Notes under the pieces: model-generated
What the model was told of the DNA's origin: nothing
Seen by the model: the letters and a program-made list of their open reading frames with translations, nothing else
The model's database searches: none
Shown: positions 41,318 through 55,400 of the stretch, piece after piece
How positions within the stretch are numbered: position 1 is the stretch's first letter
Layout of the letters: each line of letters begins with the position of its first letter
Position numbers and translations under genes: made by a program
Assembly (NCBI RefSeq): GCF_009914755.1
Contig: NC_060926.1
Origin: the human T2T-CHM13v2.0 reference genome, Homo sapiens
Length of the DNA stretch: 64,000 nucleotides
Strand: one strand, 5' to 3'

Positions 41318-43280
41318 TACATAATTTGATTCTTTCTTTCTTTTTCCCAAATAGTGGTCATATTTGATCAGTCACCTTTGCTCATGAAGAGCACATTGGC
41401 AAGGACAACACAAAGAAGCTTGTTCTGCAACTCGGTTTTCTTATGTTAAATATTTAGTTTTCTGCTTGCTTCTTCTTATCTGTTTGTACTTGGTAAGGCT
41501 CCCTCCTTCTTATGTGATAGGTTGGATGCTGCCGGAGAGGTTACTAGTGCATGGAAGCTCCAAAACAGAGTGGAATGGAAAATTATAGCCTCAAGGGTAT
41601 CCTTGGGAAGGAGCCAGACAAAAGGTGCATGCCCACATTGAGACAAAGCTAAAGCAAAACTACCAGGTGTTAGAAAACCCAGAGCACATATACAAGAACA
41701 AGGCAAAAAATTCCTGTTACTCTAACAGTATGCCTTACTTTTCTTTAATTTTACTTATTTGTAAAGTAGACAAATGCCCCTGTTGTGTCTTGTTGAGTTA
41801 CAAGTGCAACAAGTAGCATTCTAGAGTGGGATGTTACTGTCAGTGCCTGTTTTGGGTCACTTTAATATACTGCTGTTTAATTGATTTTATATCTGAAGAT
41901 GCAGGTCTTTAACATGGACAGATTTTCATAAGATCACTGGAATACTGGCTTTCTTTTGTTTTGCGATGAGGGCAAATTTTCTGTGGTTTATTTTTCCCCA
42001 TTTCTGGTGAAAATAATATTCTCTTTTCCTCTTCTACAGGGAAGATGGCAGTTTCCTCAGTTAAACTTAGGATCTTTGTCCCTTTTAAATAGGCCATTGT
42101 ATAAAATACAAATGATCAAAATTGTATCACAGTAATAATTAGCTAATTTTTTTGCAGAAGTTTTTTGGTGGGGTTTTTTTTTGGTGTCAACACAACTTTA
42201 AAATAACAAATAATAAGAGAAAACTTTTTAACATTGTAGGAATATGTGAAATTGAATAGCAAACTCAATTTAGATGAGTTCACATGAATAACATACTTCA
42301 GGTTGGTAATATTCCAGAAGGTTCAACTGCCTCATAGAAAATTAAATCTCTGAAAAATTCCCCGACTAAAAATCATTTGAAAATTCTAATTTTTTCTAAT
42401 TATTTGGATTTTCTTATGTTAGATTTCATTTCATGGAAGGATATTGAGTTTGTGTATATTCCTGTGTGTGAACATGTGCTTGTGTGTGCTCTTAATAGCG
42501 GTTATTTTTCAAAGCAATAGTCTTTCAAGCCTTTCTCTAATCTCTCCAGCATCTAAAATGAGGTGATATAAAACTCCCAGGTGGGTACTAAATATTAGAT
42601 TTGTTGACACCAGCATGGGTGCTTGAGTGGTAGTGGGAAAAAGAAAAATGATTGTCTAGAGTTTGTATGCTACAGAATTGAGGTGGTTTCAGCTGCTTTC
42701 ATTTCCTTTAAAGAATAATATTGTTTTTTTCAAATGAGGAGGATTAAGTAAGCACCTTAAAAAAAGAGGAGCAATATATTGACAACATCTGGTATGAAGA
42801 GTTATTATAAAAGGTAAGAGGATCTGTGCCAGAAAAAGAATGGAGAGGGAGATTCTCTCTAATAAATAAATTTCTTTTAAATGTGCCTAAAACATTAAGG
42901 GGGTTTTTCCCATTTAAATTTATCTTTGAAAACTCCCTAGAGAAGGAGAGTGGTTTCTGTAACAGCTGGTTAGAATTGCTGAGCAAATGTCTGGAAAAGA
43001 TGATTTTGAAACAATGTGTTTTGTAATGTTTAAACATTTTACATTTTTGTTGAAACCTGACTTCTGATGAAGAAAATCGCTCTGTACAGCAGGCCTGCGC
43101 TGTGGGCTGCTTTTCTGCTTTCTCTAGAGCTGAGTCACTGAGGACTGCTACCTTAGCTCCTCAAAGCTGTTAAATTTCTCGAAGGGAAGCTGAGTCATTA
43201 GGAAATGTACCAGAATAGGAGAAAGTAGGTCATTTTGCTAGACTTGGCAAAACTTTCATCAGCTTCAGATTCGCAAGATC

Positions 43281-43468
43281 TGCAGTTCTCAAACTCCAGG
43301 GTTAATCAGAATCTCCTGGAGGGCTTATTCAAACATGGGTGTCTGGGCCCTCCTGGCAGAGTTCCTGATTCAGTAGGTCTGAGCTGAGCCCCGAGGATCT
43401 GTATTTCTGACAGGTTCCTAGGTGAAGGTGATGCCGCTAAACCTCGGCCCATACTTTGAGAATTGTTA
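43281..43468. mobile_element. MER5A (hAT-Charlie MITE)
   Basis: GTTCTCAAACT...ATCAGAATC...CTGATTCAGTAGGTCTG...ACTTTGAGAA. Confidence 0.85.
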
Positions 43469-43684
43469 CACTAGTGAAAGCTTGGAGAGAAAAAAAAAAT
43501 TAGACAAGCCTTCCCCAAAGGTTTGGCAGTCAGCTTCATAGTTGGATGGAGGAGGACACTACCATTTATTAATCACTAGATACTGTCCCAGTCTTGACAT
43601 TCAATCTTCCATCCAATTCTGTAACATGAGTCATGGTATATCTATGCTGCATAATCATCTGTACAGAACTCACAGAACTCAGTT

Positions 43685-43986
43685 AGTTTGTTTCCTTCCT
43701 CTTCTCTCCTCTCCTCTCCTTTTTCTTTTTTTTCTCCATTGCCCTGGCTGAGGTACAGTGGCGTGATCTTGGTTGACTGCAACCTCCACCTGTGGGGTTC
43801 AAGTGACTCTCCTGCCTCAGCCTCTTGAGTAGCTGGGACTACAGGTTCACACCATCACACCTGGCTAATTTTTGTATTTTCATTAGGGACGAGGTTTCGC
43901 CATGTTAGCCAGGCCGGTCTCAAACTGCTGACCTCCTCAGCTTCGCAAAGTGCTGGGATTACAGATGTGAGCCACCGCGCCCAGTC
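43685..43986 (-). mobile_element. Alu (AluS-like) with degenerate CT-rich tail and internal deletions
   Basis: Antisense Alu. 12-bp TSD CAGAACTCAGTT (43673-43684, 43987-43998). Confidence 0.9.
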
Positions 43987-46199
43987 CAGAACTCAGTTTC
44001 CATAATCAACCTGCCCAGAGTTTAAAGCCAGAGAAGCAGGTGCATCTGAATTTCTGCCTTTGTCTGTTTAGATCTAAAGGTTCAACTCTTTCTATCAAAA
44101 CATACTTTTGTACTTGTTCTCAACGTGTCTTTATTTCCTCTTCTTTTTCATTCATACATGTTATTCAGAGGATCTCAAAATTCTTTGGAGTTTTACAAAG
44201 GAAAAGTTCAATTTCCAAAATTTTTTTGCGACCTGACATCCCCTACTATCAGGTAACACTAATTTATTTAATATTGACTTTGCTTATGAGTAATGGCAAT
44301 GCACAAAGCTGATGAAAGCCGAAATTCCATCAGATGGATTTAGCAAATTAACAGGAGAGAGAAACTACTTAGTTTGTGAGAAACTACTCGTTTGTAAACT
44401 ATGCAAAAAGGATAGACATTGTCTTACCTAATCACAAATAAGCCTTTCCCAAAGGAAGTGGTTACCTTTTAAATGTGTGCACTTATGTTTGTTTTTAATC
44501 CAAATTTGTGCCAAGGAATTATGTAATTATTATTTCTGTACAAAAGTTACTTAGCCATTCCTAAATTATCATTCATTGATGTCTGAGAGTAAATAATTTT
44601 AGTACCACTACGATTAAATTGTAGCAGGAAAAAAAACTATGAAATAGACTCATTCTGAGTCATTGCTTATAGCCATTTAAAGTTGATTAGCAATGTTAGT
44701 TTAGGAGATGTAAAAATGCAAAATTTTATTTTTAAGTTATAATATTTTAATTTGTAATTTCAATGAGCTATAAAGGAATGTTTATATTTATGGAAACTCT
44801 ATGAAATATAAAGAAATGCTCTCACAGATGTCATTTTAGATATATTAAGTCTGCTAAATTCAAATAAAAGTTTTGGTACTAACGTGTGAGCACCTGGATG
44901 GCGGGGGCTGGGTGTTATATATTTTTACATCGAAGATGAAGTCCTGCATAGTGACTTGCATGTGAATAGGAGTCAGGAAGCATTGACCAAATGATAAAGC
45001 ATTGCTCCAGCTGAGTTACAGGCCTATTCTTTTTAGCTCAAATCAACCCATTAAATTATTTGTGAGATAAAATTTTTCTCAAGTGTATTTTTCCAATAAG
45101 AACTTGAAAAAGTTGTACGTTTTATTTTATTTGAAAATGTATTAATAACTTTACACTATTGACTTTCTCCTTTCATATATTTTTAAATATGAGAAGGCTA
45201 TTATCTGTTTATATGTGATTATATTGCCATTTGGCCTCAATTGCTCTTACTCTCCTCCCCCACTGGGCCACATTTCTAGGTCAAATTATTAAGGGAAAAA
45301 AGATGCAGGATTTTCAAGATATAACCTCTCACAGAGTATATATCTTAAAAGAGGAAAATGTATCCTGCACGCTGAGGATTACCTATGGCTAAATGAGAGT
45401 TGAAAATAGAAGCATGTGTTAAACTGGAAGTCAATTTGAGAGAATGTAATAGAGGACAGTCTGACAGGTGTTAATGTTACCCTCAAAGGGAATAAGCTGG
45501 AAGCTATAAAAAGTGTATGTAGCCACCACTCATTATGATACATGATATTCTTGCTGACTTGAAGTAGGAAGATGAAAATAACTAGTTTGTTTAAAGCTGC
45601 ATATTCTGATAATTTAGGATTTAACTTTCTGCTTTGAACAACTTTTTCATGTGGAAAACCTTAACTTTTTATAGGTATAATTTGTTATTTTTAATAATGC
45701 TTATAAAAGTTTTTTTAAAAAGTAAGCTGTATTGTAGAAATCATCAAATACCAACTAGAATTATATTTTAATATTTTATAGATTTTACTCATAGAGTAAA
45801 AATTACATTGTTAGATATGTAAGGGGTGGTAACACCTTTTAAAAATCTTGGTTGTCCTTGTTTGTTCTGTAGTTTATGAAAAACAGAGATTCTAAAGATT
45901 GCACCTATGCATGAAATCTGATTTGCTCTTTTGTGCAGTATAAGAGTATGGCTGATTTCTTTCAATTCTGAGAACCTTACATAGGAGACCCCAACCTCTA
46001 CATAGGTTACAAGTGAATAGACTCTGATTTCCGTTGATTTTATTTCATGTAAAACTATAACCTTCACAACTACACATCAATCTCAAACTTCTTTGAATGG
46101 CTAACTACTTAAAAGTCATTTTTCCCTAAATGATATGTATAGATATAAGTGATCTGAAAAATATTTTCAAGATTTTATTGTCCTTCTTACCTATATGCA

Positions 46200-46765
46200 G
46201 AATTGACATATATGCCTATATAAAAGTGGAAAATCTGTATATGATGAAACACCATACGTAGTTAAAATACAAGAGCCAGATTGAGAAAGAATATCTGCAG
46301 ATTGGGAATAGAATAATTAATGGTCAAAGGATTGGTATCTTGAATATGAAGAAAAGTTTCTATAAATCCAAATAGAAAAACAAATGAAGAAAAGGAAAAA
46401 AAATGCAAAGGTTTTGAATAATAAGTTTACAGAGGAAAGGAAGGGCAAACATTGACAAGATGCTCATGCTCACTGTCTAGGAATTGGTAATTAAAAGAAA
46501 ATGCTTTCTTAAGATTGGTAAAATGGATAAGGAGTGATAAGATAGATTCAGTGTTGGCTTTCTACACTGGTGTGGGAAGGCAGTTGCTCTTCATATTACC
46601 AATGGTGGGGATGGAAATTGCTAAAGCCTTTTTGGTAGGATAGTTTATGAAACAACTTTTAGAACTAAAAACAATGTGTAACTTTTGATCAGGCATTCAA
46701 ATGCTAGGTATCTGTTCTAGAGAAATACATAGGCGTGTACACTGCAGAATTGTAATAGCTAAAAT
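46200..46765 (+). mobile_element. Old L1 (L1ME-like) ORF2 3' remnant
   Basis: CAGATTGAGAAAGAATATCTGCA, AAGATGCTCA and CTAGGTATCTGTTCTAGAGAAATA. Confidence 0.55.
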
Positions 46766-46784
46766 TAATCCCTAATTGTCATTG

Positions 46785-47025
46785 CTGTGGACACAAAGTT
46801 CATACGTTGAAGCATTAACCCTCAATGTGAGTGTAAGGAGTTAATTAAAGTAAAATAACTTTGTGAGGGTGGGGCCCTGATATGATAGGGTTAGTGTCTT
46901 ATAAGAAGAGTTATAAGAGAACTTGTGCTCTTTCTGTTTCTCTCTCTTTCCCCAGCTATGTGTGTACAAGTACAAACAAGGTCCAGTGAGCACACGAGAT
47001 AGCCAGGAGGCTTCCTATACCTGAA
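46785..47025 (+). mobile_element. MaLR LTR fragment (MLT1A/MSTD-like)
   Basis: TTCATACGTTGAAGCATTAACCCTCAATGTGA and GAGGGTGGGGCCCTGAT...TTAGTGTCTTATAAGAAGAG. Confidence 0.7.
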
Positions 47026-47747
47026 AGTATTTCTTAAGCCATTTTCTTCTTCGTACAGATGACACATTACCTCCTTGTTGGATGAATGCATTGCCTTCTT
47101 GTTGAGAAAAAAATTAATTCTTATACCAGGAGATTCCGACTGCCTGTAATGTGTTCAGTTCCCTGAATCACAGGGAATATGCCCAGTCCACCATTCCTTT
47201 CAAACTCATCCTCTGACTGTAGATGAAAGGAGATAATTAGAGTCGTAGACATTGGGATTGCTCTCTTATAAAATTTACTCTATATTTTAATATAGTCATA
47301 TTTGAAGTGTGTTACTTTTATCATAATCTGTATATATGCTGGTTCAAGAATAGAGTAGTCATCACACAGATTAAGGAATAGACTATCGCCACGTATTTCT
47401 ATATCCTGAAACTATATATTGTTTAGGTATGTTTGTTTCTTGAGGAAAATGTATAACAGCTGTTTTTCTGTAACTTTCTTTCTTTTTTTTTTTTTGCTAA
47501 GCATTGTTTATGTTTTAACTACGTTGATAGGAGTAGCTGCTGTCCTCTATTGCTATAACTATAGAACAGTGGTTTTCAAATGGCTTTGACTAGAAGCCAC
47601 CATAAGAAATATGCTTAAATTGCAAATCAGTGTGTATACACGTGCAGAATTGAAACAATTGAAATTTTAGAGTTAGCTTGTCTAGATTCATGAAAAAAAC
47701 TGGAGAGTTTAACATGGCATAATTAATAAGGTCTTAAATAGTAAATA

Positions 47748-48601
47748 CAGTTGTCCCCCTTTATCTATAGCTTCATTTTCTGTGGTTTCAGTTATCTGTG
47801 GCCCTAAAATATGAACTGAAAAATTCCAGAAATACACAATTCATATGTTTCAAGTTGCATTCCATTCTGAGGAGTGTGGTAAAATCTCGCACCATCTCAC
47901 CTGGAGCGTGAATCATCCTTTTGTCCAGCCTTTTCACTGTCTGTAGGCTACCATCCATTCCACCTGCTAGCCTTCTAAGTCATCAGTTCAGCTGTGGTGG
48001 TACTTCAGTGCTTGTGTTCAAGTAACCCTCATTTTACTTAATAACGTCCCTGAAGCATAAGTGTAGTGTTGTTGGCAATTTGAATATGCTAAAGAGTCAT
48101 TGTCAAGTGCCTTAAGTGAAAAGGTGAAAGTTCTCAACTTAATAAGGAAAGGAAAACATCGTATGCTGAGGTTGCTAAGATCTGTCACAAGAAGGAATCT
48201 TCTATCAATGAGATTGTGAAGAAGGAAAAAGAAATTTGTGCTAGTTTTGCTGTTGCATCTGAAACTGCAAAAGTTACAATCATTCATCTCACTTCATCTG
48301 ATCACGTAGGTATTCTATCATTTCACATCCTCACAAAAATGAAGAGTCCAGTGCAATAAGATATTTTGAGACCACATTCACATAAGTTTTATTACAGTGT
48401 ATTGTTATAATTGTTCTATTTTATTATTTTTATTAATCTCTTATTCTGCCTAAAGTTTATAAAGTTTATAAGTTAAACTTTATCATAGGTGAGTATGTAT
48501 AGGAATAAACATAGTATATATAGGATTCAGTACTATCTGCAGTTTTAAGCATCTACTGGCGGTCTTGGAGCATATCCCCTGTGGATAAGGAGGGACCACT
48601 G
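47748..48601 (+). mobile_element. MER44/Tigger7-family element
   Basis: TA then CAGTTGTCCCCCTTTATC, ending GTGGATAAGGAGGGACCACTG. Internal transposase 5' remnant TTAAGTGAAAAGGTGAAAGTTCTCAACTTAATAAGG. Confidence 0.85.
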
Positions 48602-48750
48602 TTTACTGTCTGTCTTTTAAGTTTATTCAGTTCTGTTTTTAGAAGTTAGTAAGTGTAGGGTTTTAATTTGACAATTATTATCAGCACATTGAAAAATATT
48701 ACTGCACTGTTTTCTGGCTTCCAGAATTGCTGTCAGAATATCAGCTGTCA

Positions 48751-48952
48751 GCCTGGGCAACATTGTGAGACCTTGTCTCTACAAAAATAAAAATAAAAAA
48801 AAATAGTTAGCTGGGTGTGTGGTACATGCCTGTAGTTCCAGCTCCTCTGGAGGCTGAGGCAGAAGGATCACTTGAGCCCAGGAGATTGAGGATACAGTGA
48901 GCTATGATTGTGCCATTGCACACTCCAGCCTGGATGATAGAGTGAGACTCTG
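48751..48952 (+). mobile_element. 5'-truncated AluJ followed by (CTAT)n/AT-rich repeat to ~49040
   Basis: GCCTGGGCAACATTGTGAGACC...GGATCACTTGAGCCCAGGAG...GTGAGCTATGATTG. Confidence 0.88.
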
Positions 48953-51900
48953 TCTATCTATCTATCTATCTATCTGTCTGTCTGTGTATCTATCTATTAT
49001 TTATATATGTATCTATATATATATTTTAAACATATATTAAAAATAAAGTCTGTATTCTTAAACTAAAAGCTGGCATATGTGCTTGCTAACTTCCTGGATC
49101 TCTTACTTTGAATTTTACCATCTATAGCTTATTTATAGTCTTCATTTCATAACATTTTTCAAGTAAAATTTTATTTGACTTTGTTTTGTTTCTCATTTAG
49201 AGTTTCTTCTGTCTCATTAGAAGATAAAGTTTCTAGCTTATCAATAACAATTTTAAAAATCAATCTTTAAGGTCCTTTTTAAAGCTCTTGTTAAGATTCT
49301 TTAAGTTGTTTTCTAATTTCTGTCATGATTGTATCATTCTATTTCTTTGATTTAGAGGTTGCTTGGCTATATAAATTGACTTTATGAAAATTCTTGCAAC
49401 ACATAATTTTAGGGAAGAAAAATGTCACAAATTAGAAGAAGTGGCTATTGGAAAAAGACATCCACTGAGATTTAAGAGTCAAATTTGGGGTCTATTAATC
49501 TTGACAGAATAATTAGAGTGCTGTCATTTTTCAAGCAGATAGAAAAATGAATACTCTGTAGGACATACAGGACATACAGAATCTCCTGAGAATTATGATT
49601 ATTTCTAATTCACAAATTACTGTATGCATATTATTTAAAAATAGAAACTCTTTTGGTAAATATGTTTGTAATTAAGACTTCTAACAGCCATTCAGCATTG
49701 CTGTTTCAATATATGACTAGGCTGAATATTAACCTTCTTGCAACCTTTTACGTGAATAAGTTTGAGGCACTGAATTCTAACTAATATGAGAAGAATCTTG
49801 GTACTTAGGGAATAGTGAAGTGCTGACATCTTTGTAATCTAACTTCTGAACCTTTTCATGAAATTTAAATGTTATTACAATGTTATCATCCCAAAACGCT
49901 AATTTGCATAATCTTTAAAAGACTGCATTTTCATACATTAGGCCTTCATGGGCATCTAATAAATGACAGTTAGTGACACGTTACTTAGCATTTATCAGAA
50001 AGAAAATGTTTTTCCTCAGAAGAAAAAAATGCTTTTTCAAAATGCTGTTCTTCCTTTCTAAATTTGTTAGTGTATTCTTACTCATGACTAGAGCTTATGT
50101 TTAAATTAGCATTTTTTTTTGCAGCTGGCCTAGGTAATCATTGAAAATTGGGAGTTAAATGAGTTATTATTTTATAGAAGGATAAGTAAATTGTCATTTA
50201 GTATTTCTAGAAGCAATGGTGGTTTCTGGTAATGGAGAAATTGAGAATTAGTGCATAGCAAATGAAATAAATTGGTATTTTTCTAAAAGCTGAAGCGTTA
50301 ACGTATTAGATATGTGCACATATCTATGCATATGCCCATACATGTCTACAAGTCTTTTGGAGCTGGCACATGTTAATCCAGGTCTCAGATGGTAGTCAAT
50401 CCTGTCAAACAACTTGCATAGTTTGCCTTGGCAAAATTCCAGTATTTGATGCTTTCAGATTTGCTACTTGAAGCTTAGTTTGTATTTTGTCTCCATTTTG
50501 TTTCATGGAAAACAGTATGTGATGTGAGATTTGGTGGCATGATATTCCTGTTTTGTTACTTTTCTTCTTCCGATATTTCTACTAAATAAACAAATGGGAA
50601 ATGAGTACCTCATAATTGAATTCATTCTTCCAAAAGAGAAGAAGTAATTGAAACCACTGGGTTGCCTTGATATTTTGCAGAAAGTAAACCTTTCTTGGAC
50701 AACTGAGATTGTCTATTTATTGTGATTGGGACTCATAGGCTTTTGAGAGGTAAACCTGGGTGAACTTTCTTAATCAGTCAAAAAAAATATGTATATATAT
50801 ATAGATATATGTATATATATATGTGTGTGATTGATGGGGTGAGAGTGATGAAAACATGTAAAAGGCAGAGGCAGTTACTGCATTTAGTGCTCATAGCTCA
50901 GCAGGAAGTTGCTGATATGAACTCGTTGTATTCATATTCGCTTCGTGTTAGTGGGCAGTGCTGGCAGGGTTCTCAAAGCCCCTGACTCCTACTGGATGGC
51001 ATCACTCTTTTTCTACCTTAGCTGAGCAGGCACTGACCAAATGCTGAAACATGTGACTGCCTATGAGTTTGCATAGTTTGTGAGCTAGGGCAGGGACTGT
51101 GCTTAATGTATCTTTTATGTTTTTGCATAATGTCTTACAGTGCTCCACACATGGTATACGCCTGTTTTTGTATTGGTAGCTTGATCATTATGACTGTCTG
51201 GCAAATTACACTGAATGCTGTACAAGGAATCATATTGTTTCCATCTGGTAGAGTAAGACAAAGACTGTAGAAGTACAGTCTTTTGTAGAAGGCTTGCATT
51301 TGGTTTATAGATTGTACTTATATTTTGGCAGAAGTTTTCTTAAAGTGGGGAGAATGCTTCTCAGGTCAGGAAAACTTGAATAATGTAAGTATTCCCAAAT
51401 AGAATGTCGATGTTCGAAGCCATTATAAAATGAAGCATAATGATTACCCTGGTTTATACCAGAGGTACTCCATTATTTCCCATTTATTAACCTTGGTGAA
51501 ACACACACTTCCCTTTCTGCTTTTATTCCTCAGTCACCAAGAAAAATTGCTAAACAAAAATAGAAAATAATTCAAGTCTGCCTGCCTGTGTGAGTTTGCT
51601 ATTTGTAAGCCCTGGAAGGGTGTGGTAAGCAGTAATCATCTCCTCCTCCCCACCATCATGCTAACCAAAGTGACTTTCCTCAAGGCTTCTGATTTAATAG
51701 AATAGCAGAAGAATATTAGAATGAGTAGAGTACTGTTAAACTAATCAGCTTGTTGTCAGAGTGAATGGTAAACATTGCACCAAACTAGGTTCTGAATGTA
51801 AACTTTATTTTACAGAGTTTTATTCTAACATTAACTTTAAAATGAGATTCAGTGATAGTTATTGTTTTGCTGTGACTATCCAACTGTATTTGAGTTTTCC

Positions 51901-52057
51901 ATTAAATATTTTATACAGGTTAAATAGATTAGAAATCTTGGACCTATGTCATTATTAATAAATGGGCACATTGCAATAAAATATACGTTATCAACTGGCC
52001 AACAGAATGATATCAACAAGAAGAATAAAAACACATGGATGTAGCATTTGACAATCC

Positions 52058-52333
<276 letters not shown>

Positions 52334-53989
52334 TGATGAAAAAGTTTGGGTATGAAATCACTACAACTCCCACAGAGTGATATAAGGAAGGTGTTAGAAA
52401 GTAATGACAGTAGTGTGTAACAAATGACTGCCCTTTAACACATTCTGAATTTCTTTTAGTCTTTTAGGTTTCTTGCCACAAGTTGTTTTTTTTTTTCTTG
52501 GCAAACTCTGCTTTCTTAATAGTGTTTTAGGCGGTTATTTTGCTTTTAAATTCCAGTGGAGTTCAGTGCTCTTTAATTTTCATTATTGCCCTGTGGGAAA
52601 TACTGCGTATATATTTATGTGTATGTATAGAGGCTTGTATGTATATATGTATATAGGGGAGATTCTGGTTAAGGACTGTTACAACTTAGGGTAATAAATA
52701 ATGTTAATTTCATAATAAAGCATATGACTGTGTATTTCCTCTTGGCCAATAGTTTAAATGTTCATATTGTAAAAAGAGAGCTGTCCTATTTTTTCCCAAT
52801 GCAAATCAGAATAATGTTATAAACATGAAGTAAAAAAATTTTGAATTGATATTTAAATACTGGAAAAAAAATCTATACACAGCAAGCAGCTTTAACCAGT
52901 GGATTTCTAGGGATTAGTATATTTCTCAAGAGGCTGAGGCGTTGTGCCTTTGGTCTCAGTCTTAATGTGCTTGAGACATGCAATAATTCTACAGAAATGC
53001 AATGCTCCAGAGTGTCTTGTTTCTTAATTATAAAAGCTGTTCTAATTATTCCATTTTAAGTGCTAACTTATTTAAGTTTTAAAGGCTGAGTAACTCAGCT
53101 AAAATTTATTTAATTGAGATGGAATAGGGACTGTTGAATATTTAGTTGTCACTAATAAAATATAGTATATAATAAAGGAAAGCCCACTACAATCTCATTT
53201 GTCTTGATAATAAAAAGTTAACATTTTTGAAGTTCTTTCAGGTCCTAAGTTATTATATGGTATTTCTCAATTCTTTGTATTCAAAATGTAATATGGAAAT
53301 AATGAAATATTAATGTCTTAAAGTTCATTGGATTGTTTAATTAGTTATCAAAATATTCATGAATTTGATAGAAAGTGTTTCTGTTCATTGGCATTATTTT
53401 TAATATTCTATTTTCCTTATAACTATTTTTTTAATGATTATCACCATGGGCATCTTATCATTCATCAAATTTTATCAGGTATTACTATATTCTAGCTCCG
53501 ATTTGATAAACATATGTTCCATAGGAACTATTAAGTTATAGATTGTAGTACCATGTGCAATATCCATAATAAAGAAATACAAGGAGAATTTTAGAATTAA
53601 AATAGAGGACATCTCACTCACCTTAGGGAGTCAAGGAAGTCGTCTTGGTGGATGTCCCACTTGGGCTGAATTTTGAATAACAGTTTTTTAGTGCTGGCTT
53701 GATGAAGCCTGAATGTGTGAAAGTGAAGACAGAATGATGGGCTGGGTTGTGTTGTTTGAGGCCAAGAGTTCAGCAAACTGCAATAATCATTTGGTCTTCA
53801 TTCAGTTCTCCACTTTCATTATACAGAATAAGTCAGACGTAAGAAAGCTGGCAATGGAAGTCAGTACTGGAACTTCTTATATACACAAGCTCAGCAAACT
53901 AAAGAATATGCTGACAACCATAACAAATAACTAAATGAGTGATGAACGAACTTTAGAAACAAAGAAAAAGAAAACAGAGGATATGTTCA

Positions 53990-54500
53990 ATCATTTTTTC
54001 CCCACAGATATTAACTGAGCACTTTGTATGCATTTAGCATGTTGCTAGAAGCTGAGGAGTCATCAGTGAATGCAATAAATATGATCCTTGCCCATATAGG
54101 CCTCATTCTAGCAGGTGAAGCACATTTTAATAAATAATACACATTTTAATAAGTAATTGCACAAATAAGTGTATAATTACAAGTTGTGGTAAATGCTAGG
54201 TAGAAAAAGTAAAGGAGTTAGAGAGGATAGAGGAGTTTTACATAAATAGAGTTAGGGATCAAGCTAACATGTCTGTGGGAGGAATGTTATGCTGAGACAT
54301 AAAAGAAGAGATAAAAATAGCAATGGAAGAGCAAGGAGTAGGGCATTTTTGGTAGAGAGAGGAGCATTTGCGAAGATCCTGAGAAAGAACAGAGCTTGGA
54401 GAGTTCAAAACACTGAAAGAAACATCATGAGAATGAAATAAAGCAGATGAGGGAACAAGTGATGTAAGATGAAGCTTGGAGGGGTAGGTGGAAAGGAACT
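53990..54500 (-). mobile_element. L2 remnant
   Basis: TTCAATCATT...ACTGAGCAC...CAGTGAAT, TATAATTACAAGTTGTGGTAAATGCTA and AGCATTTGCGAAGATCCTGAG. Confidence 0.65.
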
Positions 54501-55102
54501 CAGGAGAGTCAAGAAACAGAAGAGTAAATTGGAATAAAGATGTGAGGAGCCAACTCTTTCAAGGTCTATATGGAAGTAGTGCTGTTCAGTAAGAACTCAG
54601 GATTTTTCCTTCTTGGATGCAGCAAGGAAGATGGATAGGTGAGGTAGAAGTGATGAGGGCATTCCATGCTAAAAGTATAGGTTAGAATAAAGACAAGGAT
54701 TTTCCTGAGAAAAATGAAGGAATCTAGTTTGGAATAAGAGGGGGTAAGAGAAGCAAGGCAGTATGGATAATCTGTTGAAAGGTAATGATAACGAAGCAGA
54801 AAGTATGAATCTTTTCAAAGATAATGATAATGAAGCAGAAAGTGGTGAAATGTTCTAGAGGACTCAGTAATGGGGCATCGTTTTCACCCAAGGGTGAATT
54901 GATGAATATTCCATACTGAACACACCATGCTGAGCACATAGCAGATACTCAATAGCTTTCAGAATCGTTGACATCCTCGGGACATGAGGCAAAATGTCTC
55001 CTGAACAGAGGATAGCCCATAGTTCTAGTCAAAAAGAACAAATATTAGCAAAATATGAATATTAGTCTCATCATAAAGGTATGTACACTTCTGAAGCAGC
55101 TA

Positions 55103-55390
55103 TGTTGTCTGGGATATACACCCTGGGGTTCATCACTGCGCGCCAGGAAAATTTAGGTCCTGGACACACACAAGGAGTTTAGGAACGAAGGTTTTTAATA
55201 GGAAGAAAAGAAGAGAAAGAAAAAATAGCTCTTTCTGTAGAGAAAGGGGTCTCCAAGCAAAAAGGACCAGTGGGCGGTGGATGCGCTGAATTTTATAGTC
55301 AGGTTTGAGGAGGCAGTGTCTGATTTACATAGGGCTCACAGATTGGTTGGATTAGGCATGACATTTACATAGCGTGCAAGGAAGGCTGGT
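55103..55390 (-). mobile_element. ERV1 (MER4-group, MER83-like) LTR fragment
   Basis: TGTT... terminus. GGTTTGAGGAGGCAGTGTCTGATTTACATAGGG...GATTGGTTGGA. Truncated at ~55390; subfamily uncertain. Confidence 0.65.
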
Positions 55391-55400
55391 GTCAATATAT

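Noticed and set aside
51021-51079. + strand exon candidate CTACCTTAG|CTGAG...TTT|GTGAGC
   Set aside because: Stops occur in all frames and the exonic side of the donor is poor; there is no other support.
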